Of a stretch of DNA of 64,000 bases, positions 46,578 through 58,733 are shown piece after piece. The position numbers were made by a program, and so were the translations under genes. Positions within the stretch are counted from its first letter, which is position 1. The number at the start of each line of letters is the position of its first letter. Origin of the DNA: Rhina ancylostomus (taxonomy: Eukaryota); the NCBI GenBank assembly GCA_030265395.1, contig JARFYF010000029.1, positions 9,129,925 through 9,193,924 of the forward strand, given 5' to 3'. Below the pieces are notes generated by a model, which was not told the DNA's origin, ran no database searches, and worked only from the letters and a program-made list of their open reading frames with translations.

Positions 46578-47900
46578 TTACATAGAACATTGCAGCATAG
46601 CACAGGCCCTTCGGTCCACAATGTTGTGCCAACATTTTATCCTGCTCTAAGATCTATCTAACCCTTCCCTCCCACGTAGCCCTCCATTTTTCTATCATTC
46701 ACGTGGCTATCTAAGTGTCTCTTAAATGGCCCTAATGTATCTGCCCCCACAACCTCTGCTGGCAGTGCGTTCCACGCACCCACCACTCTCTGTGTGGGGG
46801 AAAAAGAAACTTAGCTCTGACATCCCCCTTACAGTATATCTTCCTCCAATCACCTTAAAATTATGCCCCCTTGTGTTAGTCATTGTCTCCGACTGTCCAC
46901 TCGATCTATGCCTCTTGAACAACTCTATCAAGTCACCTCTCATCCTCGTCCTCTCCAAAGAGAAAAGCCCCAGCTCACTCAACCTATCCTCATAAGACAT
47001 GCTCTCCAATCCAGGCAGCATCCTGNNNNNNNNNNNNNNNNNNNNNNNNNNNNNNNNNNNNNNNNNNNNNNNNNNNTAAATCCCCTCTGCACCCTCTCTA
47101 AAGCTTCCACATCCTTCCTATAATGTGGCAGCAGAACTGAACACAATACTCCATGTGGTCTAACCTGAGTTCTATAGAGCTGCAACATCTCCTTGCAGCT
47201 CTTGAACTCAATACAACAACCCTATCGACCTGCACGGTAACCTTGAGGGATCTATGGACATGGACCCCAAGATCCCTCTGTTTCTCCACACTGTTAAGAG
47301 TCCTGCTATTAACCTTGTATTCTGCCTTCAAATTCGATCTCCTGAAGTGCATCACTTCACACTTTTCCGGTTTGAACTCCATTTGCCACTTCTCAGCCCA
47401 GCTCTGCATCCTATCAATATCCTGTTGTAATCTACAGCAACCTTCTAAGCTATCCACAACATTACCAACCTTTGTATCATCAGCACACTTACCACCCCAC
47501 CCTTCCACATCCTCATTCATCCAAGGCATTTATAAAAATCACAAAGAGGAGGGGTCCCAGAACAGATCCCTGCGGAACACCACTGGTCACCAACCATGGC
47601 AGAATATGCTCCATCTACCACCACTGTCTTCTATGGGTGAGCCAATCCTGATTCCACACAGCCAAGTTTCTCTGGATCCCATGCCTCCTGACTTTCTGAA
47701 TGAGCCTTCGAGGAATCTTATCAAACGCCTTACTAAAATCCATGTACACCACATCCACTGCTCTACCTTCATCAACATGCCTTGTCCTATCCTCAAAGAA
47801 TTCAACCAGGCTCACGAGGCATGACCTGCCCTTCACAAAGCCATGCTGACAGACCCTAATCAGCCTGTGCTTCTCCAACTGCCCATAAATCCTGTCTCTA
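46578..47900 (-). mobile_element. CR1 LINE, RT-domain fragment plus 3' end (decayed)
   Basis: QHGFVKGRSCL, VDVVYMDFSKAFDKIP, CADDTKVG, WQMEFKPEKCEVMHF, LERTRMRGDLIE; catagaacat tail. Confidence 0.92.
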
Positions 47901-48204
47901 GATGTTGCTTCTTGGGCAACATCCTGTTTGTAATCCCTCACTATCTATGGACTTCCCATTCAAATTCTGAGGGAGGCCAATTGTTTAAACTTCAAATAGG
48001 GTTTCAGAACTGTTTGACTCGATCAGAAAACCAACTAAGCTGTGCACTGTACCAAGCAGGTGATGTAAGTTGATCACTGCACTCCCACTCCATCTCACAG
48101 TCTAATATGGACAGGAATAATTTCACACTAGAAGACTATAATAAATTGCAGTAATGATGACCAAAGCCACAATAACTGATGTCTTCAAGATCTGGTGGCA
48201 CATG

Positions 48205-48562
48205 TTTTAGAATCATAGAGACTGCATAGAAAAACAGGCCTTTTGGCCCATTGAATTTGCGCCAACCATCGACCACCCATTGACACCAATCCTACATTAA
48301 TCCCATTTTTTTAATGCTCCCCACATTCTCATCAACTCCCCTATGTTTTACCACTCACTGACACAATAGGGACAATTTACAGTGGCCAATTCACCTACCT
48401 ACCAGCACGTCGGTGGGATGTGGGAGGAAACTGCGGCACCTGGAGGACGTCCATACAGTCACAGGGAGAATGTGCCAACTCAGTACTGGCACCTGGTCAG
48501 AACTGAACCCAGGTCTCTGGCACAGTTGAGGCAGCTGCTCCACAACTGTGCCACTGTGCTGT
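48205..48562 (-). mobile_element. V-SINE (HE1-like)
   Basis: aatttacagtggccaatt; ggatgtgggaggaaactgcggcacctggagg; gaggcagctgctc. Confidence 0.8.
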
Positions 48563-49264
48563 TTTGTACAGTTCTCCTTCCTTAAGCCATGTGATGCATA
48601 TTGAATACTCTATTTTTGGATGAAGTTGTTCCTGGAATGTTAATTGTAGTTGGTTGCAATGTTACCCTGCATGTCTGACTTTTATATAACTGTTGGTGCA
48701 GAGCATCCTTGGAACAGACAATGGGCTAGACTGTAGCAATAATAATTATGGAGCCATCCAGACTGAGTCCCGTGACAGAGCCATGATCTAATCTGCCTTA
48801 GATCAACAAATGCTAATAAGATGGAAAAATACTTGCTGAAGGGCGCATTGTGTTTCAAAGAAGTGATCCAGAATTTACCCAGCACTGTTCTAAATGGAAT
48901 CTTGCTGAACGTGGAAGAGAGTTGTGTGTTTGCAAAATAGACTCTCTCCTAGCTAACGGTTTATTGTGAGTGACTTCTGTTGCCTGTGCCTGGCCTTCTC
49001 CTGACTCAAAAACTTCTTTCTTATTGACTTTTCTGACATGCCTTAAGGCAATTTCCTGTATTAAAAGAGGCATATAAATGCAGATCAGTTTTACACCATG
49101 ACTTAAACGTTTACAGTGGTTTGAGAAGAGGAGTTTTACACACAGCGTAAGTTGAGAGACTGAGTAATGCGGACAGGAGAATACTGTGTCACTGGGAGGG
49201 TATAATATAGCAGTGGCAAATTTACACTGGTCTTTTCCATTTATAAATAAATGTTCATGGAGTT

Positions 49265-49618
49265 ACATGGAATCATAGACAGATAAGCACAGAGACAGGC
49301 CCTTCAGCCCTCTGACTCCTCCCCCAGTCATCAAGTACCTTTTTATACTTAACACTTATCCTACCCAAACCCATTTTTATTCTCCCCACCTTCCCATCAA
49401 CTCTCCCCTACTCCTCCCCTCAGATTCTGCTGCTCCTCCACACACTCAGGACAAGATACTAACCAACCAATCTGCAGTTTTCTAGGGTGTGAGAGGAAGC
49501 CTACACAATCGGGGAGAACATGCAAACTCCACACGGACAGCACCGGTGGTCAGGATTGAAGCCGGCTCGCTGGAACTGAGAGTCAGCAGCTCTACCAGCT
49601 ACGTTTGTTATGCTGCCC
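49265..49618 (-). mobile_element. V-SINE (HE1-like)
   Basis: agcacagagacaggcccttcagccc tail; gagaacatgcaaactccacacggacagcacc...ggtcaggattgaa. Confidence 0.8.
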
Positions 49619-49691
49619 AGTGTTGAAAACAAAATGACAAACTGTCCTCAAAGTTGCAGGGCACATTTATAAATGTAGATATAGTAACAGA

Positions 49692-49955
49692 AAGGGCAGC
49701 AGGAGCTTGTATGTTCTTCCTGTGATGTCCCAATTCTCCAGTTTTCTCCCACATCCCAAAGACGTGCTGGCTATTGGGTTAATTGGTTGTTATATATCGC
49801 CCTTAGTATGGGTGAAGGGAGGAGAATCAGGGTGAAGTTGATGGGCTTCTGGGTAAAAAGTGGTTTTCAGGGAGATGTGGGAGAATGGGATTGCTTGATT
49901 GTCATGAGGCCTGGCATGGATCAGATGGGCTGAATGGCCTCCCACCTTGTCATGA
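49692..49955 (+). mobile_element. V-SINE, partial
   Basis: ctccagttttctcccacatcccaaagacgtgc...gatgggctgaatggcct. Confidence 0.7.
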
Positions 49956-50892
49956 AATACAAAGAAACTTGACTGGGAATGCTAACGTTCAAACCTACAA
50001 TGAGCATGTACAATGAGGCAGTAGGTGCTGCACCTATTTGTGTGCATTAATCTGCCTTGCTACATACTAATCTGATTTCACTCTGTGGGTGAATAAGCTC
50101 ACAGTCCATACCTAATCGATGCCCACTGCTGTCCTGTTGAGAGTCAGAAAAATGACAAGAGGGCAGCTGATGAAATTTATTGCAGGGCTTTCCTTATCAA
50201 ACTGTTGGCAGCTGGCTGCTTTCCAAGAAACGTAATGGACGATGCAGACACAACAACAAACAAAAAGCCAAACTTGGCTGCTGAGGTCTGTACAAAGATT
50301 AAAAACTCCAGTGTCTTGGCAATCTCAGTTTATAGCTTGAAGGGAGCTCATGTAAACAGTGAGCATGGATGCTCTTTAAGTTACTCAGGCTGCATCTCTG
50401 CAGGAACCCTAGTGGCTTCCTTGGCACGGTTGATGAAATTGCATTGCAATCCAACCATCAAGTCTGTGAGGTTCCAACAGAGGAGGCTTGAAAAGCTCAT
50501 GCACTCGAGGCACAGCCCACCAATTGGGTTGGAACATACCATCAGTATGTTGCCAAGCTCGAACTGGGGTCTGCCTGACAATTGGTTAAAACGTTTCCAG
50601 GAAAAGGGAATGGAAATCCTTTGAAGGTGAGTATTCAAGTCAAATTCTGCCTGCCAGGAAATTGTTTTGCTTCCAATCTGGTGCAAGTGACTGATGTTGA
50701 AACATACTCCCACTGAACACCCAGGCAGAAGATGGAAAATGGGGCACCCATTTCCACCTTGTGGAGCATTTTCACTCAGTGAAGTGAGTCTGTGGAGTGA
50801 GGTTGAATGAATGCAGTTGAAGCTTGTGACAGAACTTCGTGAAAATAAACCTTTCTGCATTGGCAGTGCAAGCTAATGAGAACATGACAAAT

Positions 50893-51179
50893 GAGATGTT
50901 TATTTATTAGTCACATGTACATCAAAACACACAGTGAGATGCATCTTTTTGCGTTACCTAGAATGTGCTGGAGGTAGCCCACAAGGGGCGCCAACATAGC
51001 ATGCCCACAGCTCCTAACCTGTACATCGTTGGAATGTGGGAGGAAACCGGAGCACCCAGATGAAACCCATGCAGACACGGAGAATGTACAAACTCCTTAC
51101 AGACAGACAGCGGCTGGAATTGAACCCCAGTCACTGCGCTGTAATAACGTCATACTAACTGCTACATTACTGTGCTGCC
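50893..51179 (-). mobile_element. V-SINE subfamily with a Rex1-like 3' tail
   Basis: V domain gtgggaggaaaccggagcaccc; B box ggaattgaacccc; tail tttattagtcacatgtacatcaaaacacacagtga. Confidence 0.8.
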
Positions 51180-51397
51180 AGGTGTGGGCAAGCCAGTTCC
51201 ATTGCCTGGAACTCCATCCCCTTCCCAGTTGCTGGTCTTTGCCCGTGGGACAGCTGCTTTGAAGACCCAGATGACTATTTGGTGAAAAACATCCCTTTGC
51301 TTTCCCATCCTCTCTCCCCTGCACTCGCCAGAAAAAAGAGGCCTTTTGTCAATTTACAATAAACACAATTAACTTTTTACAATTTTTAAACAATTTT

Positions 51398-51600
51398 ATT
51401 TACAGCGTGCTAGCAGGCCCTTCCAGCCTGAGTCCGCGCCGCCCATTTTAAACCCCAAATTAACCTACCTGTATGTCTTTAGAATGTGGGAGGAAACCGG
51501 AACACCCGAAGGAAACCCACGTAGACACGAGAGAACGTACAAACTACTTACCGCGACAGGAATCGAACCCCAATTGCTGGCGCTGTAATAGCGTTGCGCT
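51398..51600 (-). mobile_element. V-SINE, short subfamily
   Basis: gcaggcccttccagcc tail; gtgggaggaaaccggaacacccg; ggaatcgaacccc. Confidence 0.8.
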
Positions 51601-52719
51601 NNNNNNNNNNGGGGGGGGGGGCAGGTAGAAATGCCATTCTGAATATTTATTGGTGTGCGAGTGAATTGCATGGAGTGGTTTACATTGGGAAAGGAGCACT
51701 CTGGAACATGCTTGCTGGAGGAATGCTTAAAATTCAGAGTCTTGTGTCCTCACACCTTTTCCAGAAAATATCCACAAATCTATATCTTCTAAAATAAGCT
51801 GCCTATTTGTAAATTTGTCACTGTATAATTACAATCTTCTGCCCAGAGGAGGTACTTTTTATGGGAGGGAGTGTGCAGTTCAACATAACACTGAACTCAT
51901 GTTGCCGATACCACGATCAGGATTGNNNNNNNNNNNNNNNNNNNNNNNNNNNNNNNNNNNNNNNNNNNNNNNNNNNNNNNNNNNNNNNNNNNNNNNNNNN
52001 NNNNNNNNNNNNNNNNNNNNNNNNNCGATCAGGATTGCTGGAATTATGCTGGTGCCTCCACTAACTGAAATTTAACCCCAAGGCTATTGCTACTGTTAAC
52101 CCAAGAAATCAAGTGACAGGGCCATTTTAAAAGTGTCTGTCTTTGAACACCAGCATCTATCAAGTTGGTATGAAAATTGTTTGTATTGCCAATGGACATG
52201 TTGAATCACAAATAGTAGGGTCATGTGGTTGGACGTCATGTGATGAAACCTCCAAGGTTATGTCCAAGCAGAGATGGCAACCCTGGCCATGCATGGACTG
52301 ATGACAGGACTAGCATAGGCTGCTTCTGGCTGCATTTCTACAACAGAATAGCAGCATTCACTCTCAACTCAACACTGTGACTGAGCTCCAGTATCGGTCT
52401 CCAAGCATGTGTCGCTGAGGCAGAGTCACAATAAGTGTTCTGTACCAGGCACTTCCATGCAACATCGAAGCTAGGACAGCAAACACATTCACAAAAACAA
52501 GAATCGACACATGCAGTACTGTTGTGATATTAGAATGTGTGAAAGAGGTTATGTAAGGAGTGCCAACTCCTCTTGTGCCCACTTCAGGCAGTTTAACTTC
52601 ATGAACATTTATAAATGGAAAAATCAATTGGTATTCAGATTGATGTCTGTTTTCATGTTGTACATCCTGTCTTAATTTTTGTCCATCTACACGTCCCAGT
52701 TGCCCACATTAAGACCGTA

Positions 52720-52900
52720 TCCTTCTGTTCCTCATCTGTGTCGATCTAAATGCCTCTCAAACATAGTAATTCTACCTGATTTCCACCACCACCTCTGACA
52801 GTGAGTTCCAGATTTCAACCACTCTCTGCATGTAAAAATAAATAACTTATCCAGCCCATCCCCTGTAAAATTCCTTCCTCTCATCTCAAAACTATGCCTG
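52720..52900 (-). mobile_element. CR1 3' fragment
   Basis: ccaccaccacctctgacagtgagttccagatttcaaccactctctg. Confidence 0.7.
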
Positions 52901-54204
52901 TTCCCAAGCAAGGAGAGAACAGCAAGCACAACTTGCCAGAAGTAAGAATCCCAGAACAAGTTTGGAAAGTAAAAGCACCCAGTGAGCTGTTCTGCATGGT
53001 TGAAGGAACAGTGTGTTGCTTTTCTCCCCCCACCTAACACTAAATTGAGTTAAATGGGTGTGCATTTCTGTCAGAGCAGGCAGCACTTTGTGTGTGAAGA
53101 GCTGTCAGTGAGAAATGCTGATGTCAGTAATGCTTCCTGAAGATGAAAGCCTTTCAAAAAGGCAGGAGTTGAAAACAAACCATTCCTGCCCTATTGATCT
53201 GTGAGCACCCAGTGTCATTTAAAAAAAAGCATGCAGTATGAGGGAAACGAATGAGTGTAGGAGTTGTGAGCCAAATCACAGTTACTGCTAACCTTGCCAG
53301 CTCTCTATGCATCGTTGGTTCTTTTCTGAATAGACAGCCGAAAAATCTTGTCAGCGTAGGTATCTTTGTGATCTCCCCCAAATGATGTGAATAAATAACA
53401 GCCCGATTCTTATCGAACCACTCCATCATTCTACAGATGACGTTACTGGCCTATTTACACTGAGCTCATTAGTTTGGATCACATCTGAATTTATGGTTGA
53501 GTCAGATGAAAGGGAAGTGCTTGATAGATATAGTTTTTTTTCCTCCTTGGGACTGAATGTGTTATTTGTCGAGCAAGGTTGGACCCTTCAGTGCAGATCC
53601 AGAAGCACTGGACCCATTGCACACTCACCCACCCGTGATTGGCTGACCCTGTCCCCGGTATAACATGGGATAGTGCTCACTTCAGGCAATTCAACAAATG
53701 CCCACTTACTATTGCAAGGTAGTGCTCTCAGCGCTTGACCATCACCAGGGTTTAATGGCTGAGGGCATCAATAGATTGGGATCAGGAAACGAGGACAAGA
53801 ATTCTCTTTTGTTTCCCTTCCCCAGCTCATCTCCCGAGTGGTGCTGAGGCCAACTGCTTCAAGCCTTGTTCAATCCTGCAAAGGTGCAGTAGAGTGGCTT
53901 CACCCTCACCTCCTTATGCATGTGACCCCACCAGTGGAAAAATATGGCTCTTGGTGATTCTGGCAATTGCCCACATCATTGGAATTCTGATCACATCAAG
54001 GCTGGTGTTCCCAAATTGCTGATTTGTTGCGAGTTTCCCCAAACACCGGAGAGGCTGTGTAGCCAGAGCCTAACCAGTCATTCCATTCTTGTCGAACCTG
54101 CAGTGGAAGAAAAATATTGCAAGTGATTTACCAAGCAAAACATTGACTCCAGGCCATGCCTGCTGATTAGGGCAGATAGGTCAAAGGGAGAGGTTTTAAG
54201 CAAT

Positions 54205-54870
54205 CAGAGAAACATACAGCACAGCAACGGGCCCTTGCGGCCCACCTCGTCCATGCCGACCACGCTGCCTGTCTGTGCTAACCCCATTTGTCTGCATTAG
54301 GTCCATATCCCTCTACTGCTTTCCTATCCGTGTGCCTGTACAAACACCTTCCAAACGTTGTAATTGTATCTGCCGCAACCACTACCTCTGGCAGTTCTAG
54401 ATATTTGCCACCCATTCTGTGGAAAAGCTGACCCATCACATCTCCTTTCAAATATTTCCCACTCACCTGAACCCTGTGTCCTCTAGTTCTAGATTCCCTG
54501 ACTCTAGGGAAAATGATTCTGACAATCTGTCCCATCTGTGCCCATCATCATTTTGTAAACCTTTATGAGGTCACCCCTCAGCATCCTCTGTATCTGTTGA
54601 TCCAGTCTTTCCTTGTAACCACAGCCCTCCATTCCAGGCAACATCCTGGTGAATCTCTTCTTTGCTCTATTCTGCTACCACATCCTGAGTGTGACAACTA
54701 GAACTCTACACAATACTCCCAGTGTATTCTAACCAATGTTCTGTACACCTGCAAAATGATATCCCAACTCTTATACTCAGTGCCTCAGCATACAGAGGCA
54801 ACCATGCCAAATGTCTTTTCTACCTGTGTCCCACATTCAAGGAGCTACGGACTTGCATCCCAGCGTCTCT
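54205..54870 (-). mobile_element. CR1 3' fragment
   Basis: FPRVRESRTRGHRVQV..KGDVMG; ccattccaggcaacatcctggtgaatctc; acagcacagcaacgggccctt tail. Confidence 0.85.
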
Positions 54871-56051
54871 CTCAATTCATTGGAGAAATATATAATTTGA
54901 GAGAGGAAATTCTGCACCTTAGGCCCTTGGCAGCTGAGGACATGGTTGCCAGTAGTGGAATGATTAAAGTTGAGGATGCTTTGAGATCAGAATAAAACTT
55001 GCAAGCAATATTTCCAGAATTTTGCTACTACCCAATCTCCCGGCCATTTTACTCACCTGCATCTGGCTCACTTCACAGTACAAAAGGCTAAATTCTGCAT
55101 TGGAAGTTACTGGGCAACATTACTCAATACCTTTTTCAAAAAAAATATTGGCTGTTTCCATGTGATTCTTGACTCAACAACAACTACTCGTGATGATTCA
55201 CTGTAAGGAGATTTAAGTTGATTCCCAGATTGTGTATATTTGACTTCAAAAACTCCATGAAACGCTGAACTTTGACACTGACCATTTGAAAGAATGCATG
55301 GTGACATCATCTGTTGAAGGGAATGGACCTAAAATGAAAACCAATTTTGATTCAATTCAAGTAGAACTAAAAGCATGCAGGATAATGACCTCCACAAGTG
55401 GACTGTTCACAATGTCTCTAACCTTTGCTAAGTTCGCATTATCATCAATAGTTGCTGTATGCCAAAGGTAATGCATTGTGTGAAGCTGTTTTATACATTC
55501 TGATAAAGTGCAACATGTGTGCAAGGTTTTTTTTAAATTTCATACAAATGCAGGTAAAACACATCAATACTCTTCTACCCTCAAGGTGCTGTGTAAACTG
55601 GCTTCAAGAATAAATAAATATTCGGAGGAGCCACGATGGTTTTAAGGGACAGAATGTGGAGCCAAGCCCAATGTAATTCAGTGGTTCCTGAAACTGGGGA
55701 ATCAATAGGAAGTGAGGGAATGTTTTATGGGTACTGAGCCAACAGTTCACAGGATGTATTTTTGAAGGCTAGAACCCTGAATGCCACTTGATAATGCCAG
55801 CTTTGTATCATATGAGTGCTCCTCAAAGAAAGAGCTCTGAAATGCAATCCTATTGTGATAAATAGCTCAATTTCCATTGTGTACAATTTTTCTCCTCTGC
55901 TTTGCCTTTTATTTTAACCACAGACCTTGCCCAATATATAACGTCCACCTTCCGGTGTGTTGGATTTGACTGTTCTTAATTAGTTTCTTTAACATGTATA
56001 GTGTTTAAGACACCTCAAGTGGCTGCACAAGAAATGGCTGCTTACTAGCTT

Positions 56052-56184
56052 ATTGGTTCGTCCATCAGGTGAATATGTGGGTTTTTCATTGGTCAGTTTG
56101 ACCACAAATATCTAATAGGTTTCCNNNNNNNNNNCCTGATTGGACTGTTGTTAGCTAAGGAACATCTCTTATCCAGGTATAAAA
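56052..56184 (+). promoter_or_regulatory. LTR U3 promoter: three inverted CCAAT boxes and a TATA box
   Basis: ATTGG at 56052, 56088 and 56139; TATAAAA at 56178-56184. Confidence 0.65.
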
Positions 56185-56318
56185 GGTGTCATCCTTTTGT
56201 TAATCCCTCTCTGGCCCTTCCTTCCCTCTGGCCTGAGCTCACCTTTTGTTCCCCTTGTCTCGGCTCATCAAAGCCAGTGCCATGCGCTCTGTGATTGTTC
56301 CTTTGTTTTAAACTTTTC

Positions 56319-56324
56319 AATAAA
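56319..56324 (+). terminator. LTR polyadenylation signal
   Basis: AATAAA about 140 bp downstream of the TATA box, followed by GT/T-rich agttgttttc. Confidence 0.6.
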
Positions 56325-56439
56325 ACTTTGCGAAGCACCAAGTTGTTTTCAACTCATTCCTGGACTGAAAGAACCTGTGGATTCGAAAATAACCGGATCT
56401 GACAGGTGAGAGGGCTTTTTAATATTCTCTTCTCCTGCA

Positions 56440-56850
56440 CTGCATTGAGTTATAAGAAGAGTCTGGATAAGCTGGGACTTTTTCCCTGGAGCGTAGGGCA
56501 CAGAGGGGTGAGAGGTATATAAAATCATGAGGGGAATGGATAAGGTGAATGGTCACGGTCTTTTCCCCAGGGTAGGGGAATCTAAGGTTCAAGGTGATTT
56601 AAGGTGGGAAGGGGAAAGATTTAAATGGTATCTGAGGGGCAGGTTTCCACACAGTGGGTGGTGGAACATGGAACGAACTGCCAGTGGAAATGGTAGACAC
56701 AGGTACAAATACAACATTTAAAAGATATTTGGGCAGGTTCATGGGTAGGACAGGTTTAGAGGGATACAGGCCAGATGAGGCAAACGGGACTTGCTCAGCT
56801 TGGCAACTTGGACAGGGCAGAAGGGCCTGTTTCCGTGCTGTTTAACTCTT
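56440..56850 (+). mobile_element. CR1 3' fragment
   Basis: MRGMDKVNGHGLFPRVGESK; aagggcctgtttccgtgctg tail. Confidence 0.85.
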
Positions 56851-58077
56851 TGCTCTAGTTGGCTATTTGTGTTGGTAGAAAGCTGTAGCATTTTGGTCCT
56901 CTCTCTGCTGTTGACAGTGTACTGATTTGGATCTCGCTCTGTGTGACACAACATGCATCTTTTCCTTTTCACAGGGCAAAGTAAACAATTGGTAATGCCA
57001 GGAGCTGCCAAACCCAAGCAGCCCCGAGACCTGTTCCTGCAACACACAAACTGAACTATTTGGAGCCTTGTTGATTGTGTCAACAAGTGCTTAAAACCAA
57101 AAAATCATGCACATCAAATTCAACTATCTGGCACTCAACTGCAGAACTCGATACAGAATATTCAAGATAACTTGTAAGAGAATCTGGAATTGGCAATGTT
57201 TTTTTGTCAGTATTGAACTTTGATTTGGGAACCTGCTTGAGCTCAGCCATTTGGGTGACTCTCTGCTCTCCAGAACAGAGTCTCCACTTGTTGAACTCTA
57301 TCTGCCCAGGCCGCTTCTATAATGTTTGTGAAGTTGCAACAACTCCACTCTGTCAGCTGACTACAGGCGGTCAGTCACAATCCACGGCCTTGGTGATAAT
57401 CCAGTCAGCGTGACCCATGTTTTACCCCGAGCTCTCTGCAGCATTGTCCTGCTTTTGGACAAAGGAGCTCTCTGATACATTTTACTTAAGAGCATTCTCT
57501 TGTTTTTGAAGGAAACACCATATGTCAGTACTCCTTGAGAGTATGGAGTTTCAGGCCCTATTCAAATGGCTGTCATGTCTTACCTACCCAGGGTCTCGTA
57601 ATGTCTCAGGAGATGAAATAATCCAGTGAAATTCCTCTTCACCCTGTTGTTCAGAGTGGAAGTAAGTAAGTGAACCATTTGTGGGAGAATGGTATGTTTC
57701 ATCCCAGAAAACCCAATCATTGACTTGGCCCCTAACCACTTCTCTCTCTACAGTCATGGGTACTACTCTCTCTAGATTCCTGTCTCCATCCAGCTTTGTG
57801 AACCTCCTGGTCTTCTGCCCATCTTGTTGTAATACTCCAGGTACCCTTCTCTATTCACCAGAGTCAGAGAGCAGGGATATGGGAACAGGAGTAGGCCATT
57901 TGGCCTCTTGTTCAAATGCCTTGTGGATATTCTGTACTTTACTTCCCTCTAGGTGTATACTTTCACTTAATTATAAACTTTCCTATGTTAGCTTTTAAAT
58001 CTACAGTTGGACTTCAACAACTTTTTGAATTCTGAGAGGTCCAGATTTCTGTTAGCTTTTGTGCAACAGAGTAAACA

Positions 58078-58733
58078 ACTTGGAATGAACATCACCAATA
58101 GCCTGTCCTGGTCCAATCACGTAGACACCATGGTCAAGAAAGCTCACCAGCGCCTCTACTTCCTCAGGAGAAATTTGGCACGTTGCCTTTGACCCTCAAC
58201 AATTTTTATTGATGCACCACGGATGCATCAATATCTGAATGCATCATGACTTGGTATGGCAACTGCTCTGCTGTGACTGCAAAAAACTGTCATGTCACGG
58301 AAACTAGACCTCCCCCACCACCTTGGACTCTGTCTGCACTTCTCACTCTTTAAGTAAAGCAGCCAGCATAATCCAAGACCCCACCCACATGGGACATTCT
58401 CTCTTCTCCCCTCTCAGGCAGAAGATACAAAAGCCTGAAAGCGTGTACCACCAGGCTCAAGGACAGCTTCTATCCCACTGTTATAAGAATATTTGAATGG
58501 TTCCCTAGTACAATAAGATGGACTCTTGACCTCTCAATCTGCCTGGTAATGATCTTGCACCTTATTGTCTACCTGCAATGCACTTCCTTTGTTGCTGTGA
58601 CACCTTACTCTGCATTCTGTATTGTACTACCTCAATGCACTGTATAATGAATTGATCTGTATGAACGGTATGCAAGACAAGTTTTTCAATGTACCTCGGT
58701 ACGTGACAATAATAAACCAATTCCTAATCCAAT
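58078..58733 (+). mobile_element. Rex1/Babar-type LINE 3' fragment (RT C-terminus)
   Basis: LGMNITNSLSWSNHVDTMVKKAHQRLYFLRR; tail tgtacctcggtacgtgacaataataaaccaattcctaatccaat. Confidence 0.88.

Larger units (their letters stand above)
55958..56404 (+). mobile_element. Solo LTR (ERV1- or Gypsy-like), 447 bp including 10 N
   Basis: TG...CA ends tgttggatttg / cggatctgaca; exact 4-bp TSD GGTG (55954-57 and 56405-08); U3-R-U5 signals in order. Confidence 0.9.

Noticed and set aside
47153-47824. 223-aa plus-strand ORF
   Set aside because: Antisense shadow frame of the CR1 reverse transcriptase, not a host gene.
50205-50860. Overlapping 139-aa (+) and 159-aa (-) ORFs
   Set aside because: No recognisable domain, non-ATG start for the plus ORF, and no convincing splice context.
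51914-52037. cgatcaggattg on both sides of a 100-N gap
   Set aside because: Could be a TSD or a collapsed tandem repeat, but the interior is unsequenced.
52200-52285. tggcaaccct resembling a hAT-type terminal repeat
   Set aside because: No matching opposite TIR or 8-bp TSD found.
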